A stretch of DNA of 32,000 nt, taken from positions 63,209 to 95,208 of the forward strand of contig CAYHAA010000012.1 of NCBI GenBank assembly GCA_964354495.1, in the 5' to 3' direction. The position numbers were made by a program, and so were the translations under genes. The notes under the pieces are model-generated. The model had not been told where the DNA came from, did no database searches, and worked only from the letters and a program-made list of their open reading frames with translations. Positions 17,725 through 25,914 of this stretch are shown in pieces (position 1 is the stretch's first letter; each line of letters begins with the position of its first letter). Source of the stretch: an uncultured archaeon. Lineage in GTDB: Archaea > Asgardarchaeota > Thorarchaeia > Thorarchaeales > Thorarchaeaceae.

Positions 17725-18234
17725 GTGATTGTTCTCACAATAGACAATGCTGAGCTAGAACCAATACTCTCTTTCTTGCAGAGTAATTATTCGAAAGTTC
17801 TAGCCAAGGTATGGGAGAACGCGGGTATGACAAATGCTGTTTTTATCCAATCTGAGCTTGTTCTAAGAACCTTCAGTGAACAGACTATTACAGTAGTGAT
17901 GCAATACTACGGTGATACGCATAGTTGCGAGTTGACCACTGTAGCCAGCGGTGGCGGCGAAGGTCTTCTTAGAATTAGCCTGGGGTCACAAGAAGCAGCG
18001 GAGTCGACATTCATGGAAAGAATCAAGGATTTTGTGAGAGGGCATGGCTGGGAGCTCAATCGCAAACATCCTGGTTTTGCTGGCTCTGAATGTCCATACT
18101 GCAGCGCTTTCTATATGTACAAACAATCTCAGGTTATGGAAGATGGCTCAGTGAGATGCCAGAATTGCGACAAGAGTTTCTTGCTTAATGAAGCCCAGAG
18201 AGCACCGAAAGGAAGAATGGAAAAGCTCGTATAG
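17725..18234 (+). CDS. DUF6054-like domain fused to a C-terminal CxxC..CxxC zinc ribbon
   Basis: TITVVM...ELTTVASGGGEGLLRIS resembles DUF6054 from memory. CPYC-x17-CQNC is a zinc ribbon. GTG 17725 follows GAGGTG. Confidence 0.6.
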   Translation: MIVLTIDNAELEPILSFLQSNYSKVLAKVWENAGMTNAVFIQSELVLRTFSEQTITVVMQYYGDTHSCELTTVASGGGEGLLRISLGSQEAAESTFMERIKDFVRGHGWELNRKHPGFAGSECPYCSAFYMYKQSQVMEDGSVRCQNCDKSFLLNEAQRAPKGRMEKLV

Positions 18235-18339
18235 ATTCAGACAGCACTTTGCGATAACTACTAAAGTGACGCGGTGCGCACCACCTCTGTTAACTACGAA
18301 CATGAATCTACCGATTTCAGAATGCACAAGGTGGATCTA

Positions 18340-19872
18340 ATGGCAGTCTTGGTTGACGGAGAGAATGTTTCGATTGAGGATGTTGTCAAGGTCGCTCGGT
18401 ATAACGAGCATGTGGAGCTTGCAGACTCTGCAAAAGCACGTGTTCGTAGGAGTCGCGATGTTGTTGAAGATGCCATCAAGAGTAATCGAATCGTCTATGG
18501 CGTGAATACAGGTTTCGGAGACCTGGCTAATATTTCGATAGACAAGGATGATGTAGCTCGATTGCAGGTCAACCTGATTCGTAGTCATAGTGCTGGTGTC
18601 GGAGCGCCATTCTCGCGGGAGATAGTCAGAGGCATGATGCTCCTTCGTGCCAACGCTCTGGCCAAGGGCTTCTCTGGAGTCCGACCCATCGTCATCGAGA
18701 CCCTCCTGAGTATGCTAGATGGAGATGTAACACCCATGGTTCCGCAGCAGGGGTCTGTAGGCTCAAGCGGAGACCTAGCACCGCTCGCACATATGGCGCT
18801 TGTCATGATTGGTGAGGGTGAGGCGTTCCTCAAAGGGGAGAAGATGGCGGGAGCGACTGCAATGAAGCAGGCTGGGATTAAGACCATCAAGCTTCAGGCC
18901 AAAGAAGGTGTAGCACTCATCAACGGAACGCAAGCGATGACTGCAATTGGCGCACTGGCAGTGAATGATGCTCTTTGCCTTGCAAAAGACGCCATCGTGG
19001 CTGCATCGATGAGCCTGGAAGCGCTTCGGGGAACTCGTACAGCTCTCGACCCAAGGATTCACGCAGTACGTCCACATGAAGGTCAGATTGATGTGGCAAA
19101 TGCTATGAAGTCTGTTCTCCAGGATAGCGAGATCAATCGCTCACATGCCAACTGCGGAAAGGTGCAGGATGCATATTCTCTCCGGTGCGCGCCTCAGGTC
19201 TTGGGAGCATCCTTGGATACGATACGGTATGTGCAGAGCGTAGTTGAAATCGAGATCAATTCGGCTACTGATAATCCCCTCGTGTTTGCTGATGATGCGA
19301 CTGTAATATCAGGTGGCAATTTTCATGGCCAACCAATTGCTTTGGCAATGGACTTCCTAGGAATTGCACTCTCAGAGATAGCCAATATCTCCGAGCGACG
19401 AATCAACAGGCTGGTGAACCCTCATCTAAGTGGTCTGCCTGCTTTTCTCACGACAGAGAGCGGTCTTGAGTCTGGTATGATGATTGCTCAGTACACCGCG
19501 GCAGCCTTAGTGTCTGAAAACAAGATTCTGGCACATCCTGCAAGTGTGGACTCGATTCCAACAAGTGCAGACCAAGAAGACCATGTCAGTATGGGCACTA
19601 TTGCTGCGAGAAAAGCACTGAGCATTCTCGGAAACGTGCAGAATGTCATCGCCATCGAATACATGTGTGCAGCTCAGGGTATTGACTTGCTTTTCCCACT
19701 GAAACCATCGGTTCCTCTTGACAAGGCTCATTCCAAGATACGTGAGGTCGTTCCTAAGCTCGAGGACGACAGGCCTCTGAACCAAGACATAGCCAAGATA
19801 CGTGCATTAATGGACTCCTGTACGATTGTGACAGCCGCTGAGAGTGTCATAGGTCCCTTCTTGGACGTATGA
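18340..19872 (+). CDS. hutH: Histidine ammonia-lyase
   Basis: VYGVNTGFG, NLIRSH (His-specific SH), GSSGDLAPL, QDAYSLRC, GGNFHG and QEDHVSM motifs. ATG 18340 follows AAGGTGGA. Confidence 0.97.
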   Translation: MAVLVDGENVSIEDVVKVARYNEHVELADSAKARVRRSRDVVEDAIKSNRIVYGVNTGFGDLANISIDKDDVARLQVNLIRSHSAGVGAPFSREIVRGMMLLRANALAKGFSGVRPIVIETLLSMLDGDVTPMVPQQGSVGSSGDLAPLAHMALVMIGEGEAFLKGEKMAGATAMKQAGIKTIKLQAKEGVALINGTQAMTAIGALAVNDALCLAKDAIVAASMSLEALRGTRTALDPRIHAVRPHEGQIDVANAMKSVLQDSEINRSHANCGKVQDAYSLRCAPQVLGASLDTIRYVQSVVEIEINSATDNPLVFADDATVISGGNFHGQPIALAMDFLGIALSEIANISERRINRLVNPHLSGLPAFLTTESGLESGMMIAQYTAAALVSENKILAHPASVDSIPTSADQEDHVSMGTIAARKALSILGNVQNVIAIEYMCAAQGIDLLFPLKPSVPLDKAHSKIREVVPKLEDDRPLNQDIAKIRALMDSCTIVTAAESVIGPFLDV

Positions 19873-19874
19873 CC

Positions 19875-21140
19875 TCATGGACTGAGTTTTGTGTGAACAA
19901 CCTGCCCGTTTGAGATGACTGTGTGCACCAGATTGACTCCAAACCGCCAAGTCAAGTACTCGGGATTCGGGCAGTCCAGAATGAGAATATCCGCACGTTT
20001 CCCAACTTCTAGGCTTCCGAGTGTCTTACCCCGATCAATTGCGTGAGCCGCATTTATTGTGACTGCTGACAGTGCCTCTCGGGGCCGCATTTTCATCTTG
20101 TAGCAGGCTAGCGCAATGGTGAAGAACATTGACTCGTTGGCGCAGTTCGGATTGAAGTCTGTTGCAAGAGCAACCGGCAGTCCCATATCGATCATCTTGC
20201 GAGCATCAGCGTAGTTGGCGTTGAAACTGAAAGCTGTCGCAGGAAGAAGTGTTGCAATAGTCCCTGCCTTGTGCATTGCTTCGAGACCGTCATCTGATGC
20301 CATGAGAAGATGATCTGCTGAAACAGCCTTCAGTTCACCAGCCAGTTCAGCCCCTCCTAGCTGAACGATCTCATCAGCATGGACCTTCAGTTTCAATCCC
20401 GAACATCTGGCTGCCTGCAGGATATCTCGTGACTGGTCAACTCCGAATACGCCTTTTTCACAGAAGACATCGCAGAATTCAGCCAACCCTGCCTTTGTCA
20501 CTGCAGGAATCATCTCATTGATGATGAGGTCAACATAGTTGTCTGGTCTACCTATGAACTCTGGCGGTATTGCATGAGCTCCCAAGAATGTCGAAACAAG
20601 CCCAAGAGGCATTCTCTTACGCAATGCATCAGTTGCCTTGAGCATCTTGAGTTCGTCCTTGGTATTAAGCCCGTACCCACTCTTAGCCTCAATTGTCGTG
20701 GTCCCCATGCTCAACATACCTGTAGCGTAGGAGAACGCATTACTAGTCAGTTGCTTTTGTGTGGCGGCTCTTGTGGCTCGGAGTGTGCTGAGAATCCCGC
20801 CGCCAGCATCAAGAATCTCCATGTAGGTCTTTCCAGCCAGTTTCATTGCAAAGTCATTCTCTCGTGAGCCTCCAAAGACAAGGTGCGTGTGACTATCAAC
20901 GAATCCTGGTGTCGCTAGCATATTCGGGAACTCAATTGGAGGTAGGTCTGGCATCTCCGTGATATGCGCTAATACCTCAGCCGTGGGTCCAACCGCAGTG
21001 ATAATGCCGTCCTTCATCGCAATCGCGCCAGATTCTATGATAGACAGCTCTCCGAGATCCGCACCTGTTTTTGGATGTTCACTGTTTCCCTCAAGAGTCG
21101 CGACCTGTCCAATGTTCGTCAAGAGCATATCCGGTTTCAT
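19875..21140 (-). CDS. hutI: Imidazolonepropionase
   Basis: PGFVDSHTHLVFGGSR, EAKSGYGL, TFLGAH, DVFCEKG, HADE and ALATDFNP motifs; ATG at 21140. Confidence 0.96.
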   Translation of the reverse strand: MKPDMLLTNIGQVATLEGNSEHPKTGADLGELSIIESGAIAMKDGIITAVGPTAEVLAHITEMPDLPPIEFPNMLATPGFVDSHTHLVFGGSRENDFAMKLAGKTYMEILDAGGGILSTLRATRAATQKQLTSNAFSYATGMLSMGTTTIEAKSGYGLNTKDELKMLKATDALRKRMPLGLVSTFLGAHAIPPEFIGRPDNYVDLIINEMIPAVTKAGLAEFCDVFCEKGVFGVDQSRDILQAARCSGLKLKVHADEIVQLGGAELAGELKAVSADHLLMASDDGLEAMHKAGTIATLLPATAFSFNANYADARKMIDMGLPVALATDFNPNCANESMFFTIALACYKMKMRPREALSAVTINAAHAIDRGKTLGSLEVGKRADILILDCPNPEYLTWRFGVNLVHTVISNGQVVHTKLSP

Positions 21141-21255
21141 AGTTGTCCCTTCAATTTGACCCACAATGTCACTGATTTACGTTGTGCTGCCAGTAGCGGA
21201 ATTAATTAGGCAGTGGATAACGAGTTGTGCAAGAGAAAACTTGAGGCAGCAACCA

Positions 21256-21837
21256 ATGGAGTATCTCATTCTAAGCTGGCAGGATGTCTACAATCTGACT
21301 CTACGGCTATCAGAAAGAATCGTATCAAGTGGTTTCAGTCCTGACATCATCGTGGGAATCGCTCGTGGCGGTTGGATTCCCGCGAGAATACTATCTGATG
21401 TTCTCTACATGGAGTCACTACAGAACATTCGTATCGAGTACTACACAGATGTTGGTGCTAAGGGAAGAGAACCCAAAATCACACAGCCTCTTTCTGGTTC
21501 TCTCAAGAACAAAAGCGTCCTCATAGTGGATGAGGTTGCAGATACGGGAGACAGTCTCTTCTATGCTATCAATCATATCAAGTCCTTAGGAGTGGATGAG
21601 CATCGCTCGGCCGTGCTTCACCTAAAACCTGGGTCGAGAATCATTCCTGATTACTACATGGTCAAGACAAGTTGCTGGACGGTCTATCCGTGGGAGAATC
21701 GTGAGTCAATAATCTCACTTATCAAGTTATTCAGAAAAGAAGACCCCTCACTCGACCTGAAGGACATACGCGACCGTCTAGTGTTCGAGGTGGGATTTGA
21801 GCCAACTGTTGCCGACTACTTCATCAAGCGTCTATAG
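21256..21837 (+). CDS. Type I phosphoribosyltransferase (hypoxanthine/guanine/xanthine PRT-like)
   Basis: IVGIARGGWIPARILSD and PRPP-binding LIVDEVADTG motifs. ATG 21256 follows GAGG. Confidence 0.9.
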   Translation: MEYLILSWQDVYNLTLRLSERIVSSGFSPDIIVGIARGGWIPARILSDVLYMESLQNIRIEYYTDVGAKGREPKITQPLSGSLKNKSVLIVDEVADTGDSLFYAINHIKSLGVDEHRSAVLHLKPGSRIIPDYYMVKTSCWTVYPWENRESIISLIKLFRKEDPSLDLKDIRDRLVFEVGFEPTVADYFIKRL

Positions 21838-21858
21838 GTTCCAAGTTTCTGAGGTCTC

Positions 21859-22440
21859 ATGATGTTGTCCGAAACGATCGAATGGAAGGATGAAGTCATT
21901 CAAGTCGGTATGTCCGAGTTCAAGAACTCCAGACATCTCAACAGAAAAGCCCTGCTCACCCTGGCACGTTCGGAGGCTGAAAGTGTTCTTGCCATCCAGT
22001 TCTTCGATAGTTCAATGATCGTCGATGAGTTGCATCTACTGTCTGCCGTCCAGAATGCAGTCAATGCTTGGAGAGGCGGCTACATGAAGTCAAGGGGTCT
22101 GGACGTAGAGATGATTGTCTATGCATCCGCACAACATCAGATTGGTCGAGCTCTCGAACTCATGGGTGTCACTGATGACACTAACGGAGTCCTTGTTGTC
22201 GTACTTGGAGCGCAATTGGGAAGCGTCAAGGAATGTATACGGATCCTCGGGCTCGCTATAGGCAAGGAGATTACTCCGGCCTTTCATAAGACCCTTGATC
22301 GGATTAAGGCCATAATGAAGGTCTTCAGCATCAGTGATTCCGAGGTCGCTCTTTTTCTTACCCGGCATGACAAGAAATCATGGCAAAGGGCAGTGTCAAG
22401 ATGTCTAGTAAGTCGGATTTCGCAGGTTGCAGTGGGCTAG
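21859..22440 (+). CDS. cgi121: KEOPS complex subunit Cgi121
   Basis: HLLSAVQNA and DVEMIVYASAQHQIGRALELMGV motifs. Confidence 0.88.
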   Translation: MMLSETIEWKDEVIQVGMSEFKNSRHLNRKALLTLARSEAESVLAIQFFDSSMIVDELHLLSAVQNAVNAWRGGYMKSRGLDVEMIVYASAQHQIGRALELMGVTDDTNGVLVVVLGAQLGSVKECIRILGLAIGKEITPAFHKTLDRIKAIMKVFSISDSEVALFLTRHDKKSWQRAVSRCLVSRISQVAVG

Positions 22441-22447
22441 AGCCTCT

Positions 22448-22990
22448 CTATGTCTTCTCCATCGCTGTGATTGACAGAATATCTGTTCCCTCATCTAGTA
22501 CAGAGATGCCTGTCATCTCTCCAACAATCTCGACCCATATTGTCCTATCAGGATCATCAAGGTTGACAGTCCTAGGTATCTCCTCTGCAATTGCCTTGAT
22601 TACATCCATATTTTCAAGAGTCGTCTGTCTTCTTCTGACTGTCACTCTGAATGTTTCGTGTTCATTGATTCTCTGAAGGAGCTGGCGTGCAATTTCCGCC
22701 AGGGTTGCAAGATTGGACTTCACGCAGAATTCCAATGGCGTGAATCGAACTGCAAACCGGAATTGATACGGATTCTCAAGGGCAAACTCTCGTAGCCTAT
22801 GTACAACATGGAAAGGGTCCAGAGATGTCCGACAAGTAATCAGTCCTGAAATCCTCGTCACCGTGATTATGAGGTTGGCATCCGCCAGCAGGTCACCAAT
22901 GAAGTACTGAATCTCTGATTTTGCTGCTTGCTCGCGATCCTTAGGGCAACCAACAAGCAGGTTGAACTCTTTCAGCGAGATTCCCCTCAC
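22448..22990 (-). CDS. Stand-alone THUMP-domain RNA-binding protein (Tan1/THUMPD1-like)
   Basis: FNLLVGC, RFTPLE, TFRVTVRRR and VNLDDPD..IWVEIVG motifs; no catalytic domain. GTGA overlap with sua5. Confidence 0.88.
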   Translation of the reverse strand: MRGISLKEFNLLVGCPKDREQAAKSEIQYFIGDLLADANLIITVTRISGLITCRTSLDPFHVVHRLREFALENPYQFRFAVRFTPLEFCVKSNLATLAEIARQLLQRINEHETFRVTVRRRQTTLENMDVIKAIAEEIPRTVNLDDPDRTIWVEIVGEMTGISVLDEGTDILSITAMEKT

Positions 22991-23691
22991 ATGTCAGTAA
23001 ATACGAACCTGCTCGTCCATACCCGTAGCGCATCGGAATCTACCTTGAGACTATCAGATATCATATCGATTGACAATGCGCCTTTCCTGTATATCTTGAT
23101 ATTCAACGGTTCTCCCTCACCCATCCCTTCCACACCGATGATAGTTGAATTGCCAGTGGCAGATGATGGCCCAGCATCTATGTACAAATCCACTTCGTTA
23201 CCTAATTGATTCAATGCCTCTTTCACATCAAATGGGCTGGGTCCTTGGCTCCTGTTTGCACTGGTTCCGACAATCGGACTACCTATCCTTTGAGCAATTC
23301 CTCTTGGTATGACATGATTTGGCACCCGTATTGCAACCGAATTTCGATCTGCTGTGATATGGCCCGGCACATTGGGTCTTGGCGTGACAATGAGTGTTAG
23401 CTGCCCTGGCCAGAATATCCGTGCAATTATCCTCTCAAGGCTTCCAAAGTCATGGTATGTCTCACATTGTGGAAGGTCTGCAAAGAGGAGTGGTACTCCT
23501 AATTTGCGGTCCCGCCTCTTGACAGCAATGAGGCGATCCAAAGCCTCTGGTATTCTTGCATCACAGCCGAGGCCATAGCTGGTGTCTGTTGGATAGACGA
23601 TTATACCGCCAGATCTGACAACTTCGGCAGCTCTCTCCATAGCTGCATCAGCGTTCTTCAGATCTTCCACAGTCATGATTTGAGCTGTCAA
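22987..23691 (-). CDS. sua5: Threonylcarbamoyl-AMP synthase, short TsaC/YrdC type
   Basis: IVYPTDTSYGLGC, KRR, FWPGQLT, AIRVP and GTSAN motifs; no C-terminal SUA5 domain. Start is 23691 or 23676. Confidence 0.93.
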   Translation of the reverse strand: MTAQIMTVEDLKNADAAMERAAEVVRSGGIIVYPTDTSYGLGCDARIPEALDRLIAVKRRDRKLGVPLLFADLPQCETYHDFGSLERIIARIFWPGQLTLIVTPRPNVPGHITADRNSVAIRVPNHVIPRGIAQRIGSPIVGTSANRSQGPSPFDVKEALNQLGNEVDLYIDAGPSSATGNSTIIGVEGMGEGEPLNIKIYRKGALSIDMISDSLKVDSDALRVWTSRFVFTDM

Positions 23692-23766
23692 CTGGCATCA
23701 CATGTGCAACCCTGCAAACACACATATGGAACTTACGCTTCGTGTTGGTCAGCAGGAGGAATTGAT

Positions 23767-24807
23767 ATCCGCGGGGTGATTCTCGCAGCAGGAACAGGAA
23801 ACCGTGCCCGTCCACTTACAAAATTCATCCCCAAGGCACTGCTGAATATCGCTGGAAAGACACTCTTGGGCAGGAATCTAGAAGAACTCTCTCGAGCTGG
23901 TATACGGGACATAACTGTCGCTATCGGGTACAAAGCAGCCATGATTGGGGGCTATCTCACTTCACATGGACCGATGATTCGCAGCGGATCCCGTGTCACA
24001 GCTGTCTCTGTGCCTGATTACAAAATTGGTCCTCTCCGAACAGCATTGACCGCCATTGAGAGCTTTGCGGATGACGAGTTTCTCATCACGCCAGTAGATG
24101 CTGTTGTCAGTAGCGATATTCTCTCTGACATGCTTAATCAGCATTCTAAGGCACCGACGAGCATGATACTGGCCGTTGACTTTACTGCAGAATCAGGAAC
24201 TCCTGTCTATGTCAGCAACAATGGCTTGATTGTTGGCATTGGCGACTCAGTACCTGCCGGCCAGTTCTCTGTGGGACGTAGTGCGATGCTCTTGATTGCT
24301 GATAGGACAATTGAGGAGTACTGCAGGTGTGCCCTCATGAAAGGTGAAAGTCATTTAGTGCCAGTTCTTAATCAGATGATTCTTGATGGTGCCGAAGTTG
24401 TCTGTTCTGATGTGCAGACACAATGGTATGATATTGACACATTGTCTGATGTATTAACAACAAACAGCCTCCTACTCAGGATTGGAGATGTGCAGGACTT
24501 AGGCAGTGGCTTCTTTATTCCCCTTGGTGATTCAATGGTAACTGATGGTCGGCTGGCCGTGAAGGATTCGAATATAGTTGTAAGCGAAGATGTCACCCTT
24601 CAGGGTCCCGTTCTGCTCTCTCCTGGCAGTAGAATCGAAGAGAAATGTAGAATTGGTCCGGACGTCACCATTTGCTCCTCCGCGAGGATTTCGAATGGCT
24701 GTGAACTTATCGACACCATTGTGCATGACAGCTCTAGAGTCCCACCTAACAGTCGGATTGAAAACGCGATTGTCTATGGTCGTCAGATATACGAAGTGGA
24801 GTTGTAA
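23767..24807 (+). CDS. Sugar-phosphate nucleotidyltransferase with C-terminal hexapeptide (LbH) repeats
   Basis: GVILAAGTGNRARPLT..IPKALL, WYDIDT and GPVLLSPGSRIEEKCRIGPDV motifs. Start is unclear (ATT 23761, ATC 23767 or GTG 23776). Confidence 0.85.
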   Translation: MRGVILAAGTGNRARPLTKFIPKALLNIAGKTLLGRNLEELSRAGIRDITVAIGYKAAMIGGYLTSHGPMIRSGSRVTAVSVPDYKIGPLRTALTAIESFADDEFLITPVDAVVSSDILSDMLNQHSKAPTSMILAVDFTAESGTPVYVSNNGLIVGIGDSVPAGQFSVGRSAMLLIADRTIEEYCRCALMKGESHLVPVLNQMILDGAEVVCSDVQTQWYDIDTLSDVLTTNSLLLRIGDVQDLGSGFFIPLGDSMVTDGRLAVKDSNIVVSEDVTLQGPVLLSPGSRIEEKCRIGPDVTICSSARISNGCELIDTIVHDSSRVPPNSRIENAIVYGRQIYEVEL

Positions 24808-24810
24808 CTA

Positions 24811-25419
24811 ATGCCTAGTAGGCTGAGAGTAAGAGGAATCTTCAAGGGCGCCGTCATGGTGATGGCACGACCCCTCGCTCGATTTAGAGTTCGTCCCGAC
24901 ACAATAACATACTTCACTCTCCTGCTTGCAGTCCTCGCTGCTCTCTCTCTCGGCCTCCTTCAATCCCAAATCCTGTATGGGATATTGGTCTTCTTCGTCG
25001 GTTTCTTTGATGGTGTTGATGGTGAAGTTGCCAGACTCAACCAGACAGCTACGAAAATGGGTGCATTAACCGACTCTGTTGTGGATAAGGTGGCCGAAGC
25101 GGTAGTCCTAGTCTGCATTGGAGTTGCCTATCCCACTACTGACCTGTTTGGAATGTCTGTTTCAATATGGGTGGCTCTCTGTGTCTTTGGATGGCTCATG
25201 ACCAGTTATGTACGAGCTCGAGCGGAGAGCCTTGGAGTGATGGATCTTGATATTGGCCTTGGAGGTCGGTCAGAGAGACTTCTCACTCTTGTTGGTTTCT
25301 CAATCTTTGGGTTTCTTCTCTGGGGACTAGTTGTCGTGACAATCATGGGACTTGGGACAGGGGCATATCGATACTACTACTACAGGCAAGAACTGCTCAA
25401 GAAGTCACTGACTGCCTGA
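24811..25419 (+). CDS. CDP-alcohol phosphatidyltransferase, probably archaetidylinositol phosphate synthase
   Basis: DGVDGEVAR...GALTDSVVD signature. SYVRARAE and RSERL are typical of PI(P) synthases. Confidence 0.88.
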   Translation: MPSRLRVRGIFKGAVMVMARPLARFRVRPDTITYFTLLLAVLAALSLGLLQSQILYGILVFFVGFFDGVDGEVARLNQTATKMGALTDSVVDKVAEAVVLVCIGVAYPTTDLFGMSVSIWVALCVFGWLMTSYVRARAESLGVMDLDIGLGGRSERLLTLVGFSIFGFLLWGLVVVTIMGLGTGAYRYYYYRQELLKKSLTA

Positions 25420-25491
25420 ACGCTGAACCATCATGCTTAAGAGCCAAGCACTAGACGCCGCTATAGAGCCAGCAAGCGGGGTCCCAAACCA

Positions 25492-25911
25492 ATGCCCAAG
25501 TTCAGAGCTGATCACTATCTCATTGCAGAATTCGACAGGATTTCGGATACTAGAAAAGTTGGAGAGCAGGTTCTCGAAGCACTCAAGGGTCTGCCAGAGT
25601 TCAAGGACCTTGCCATTGCTTCAAAGAAACTAGAGGGAAAGAGCTGGTCGGAAATATTGGGCCGAATTGATGTTCCCGCAGGATCCAGGGAATTCTGGGC
25701 GATGATAAAGAAGGAGTTCTCTGAGCGGGAACCCTATCATCTTTTCATTCGCTTTGATATGAATGCAGAGGGAGAGAATATTGAGGCTGCTCGTGCCAAT
25801 GTACGAGCGTGGATTGAGAAGAATGTCGCACCCAGAATAAGGGCAAAGACCTCAGTCAAGACACTGAAAGTTCTTCAGGCCATCGAGATATTCATGCCCA
25901 AGCTCGAGTAG
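25492..25911 (+). CDS. Hypothetical protein
   Basis: 139-aa charged ORF with a CTTAAGAG box upstream; family not recognised. Confidence 0.75.
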   Translation: MPKFRADHYLIAEFDRISDTRKVGEQVLEALKGLPEFKDLAIASKKLEGKSWSEILGRIDVPAGSREFWAMIKKEFSEREPYHLFIRFDMNAEGENIEAARANVRAWIEKNVAPRIRAKTSVKTLKVLQAIEIFMPKLE

Positions 25912-25914
25912 GAT

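Noticed and set aside
18245-21255. Shared hut operator (CACTTT-N12-AAAGTG, GGTGCGCACC, CTGCC-N17-GGCAG)
   Set aside because: The repeats upstream of hutU, hutH and hutI share no common sequence.
23767-24807. eIF2B gamma/epsilon-like pseudo-enzyme (NT + LbH)
   Set aside because: The GxGxR, PK and WxDID motifs look catalytically intact; the architecture is shared with ordinary sugar-phosphate NTases.
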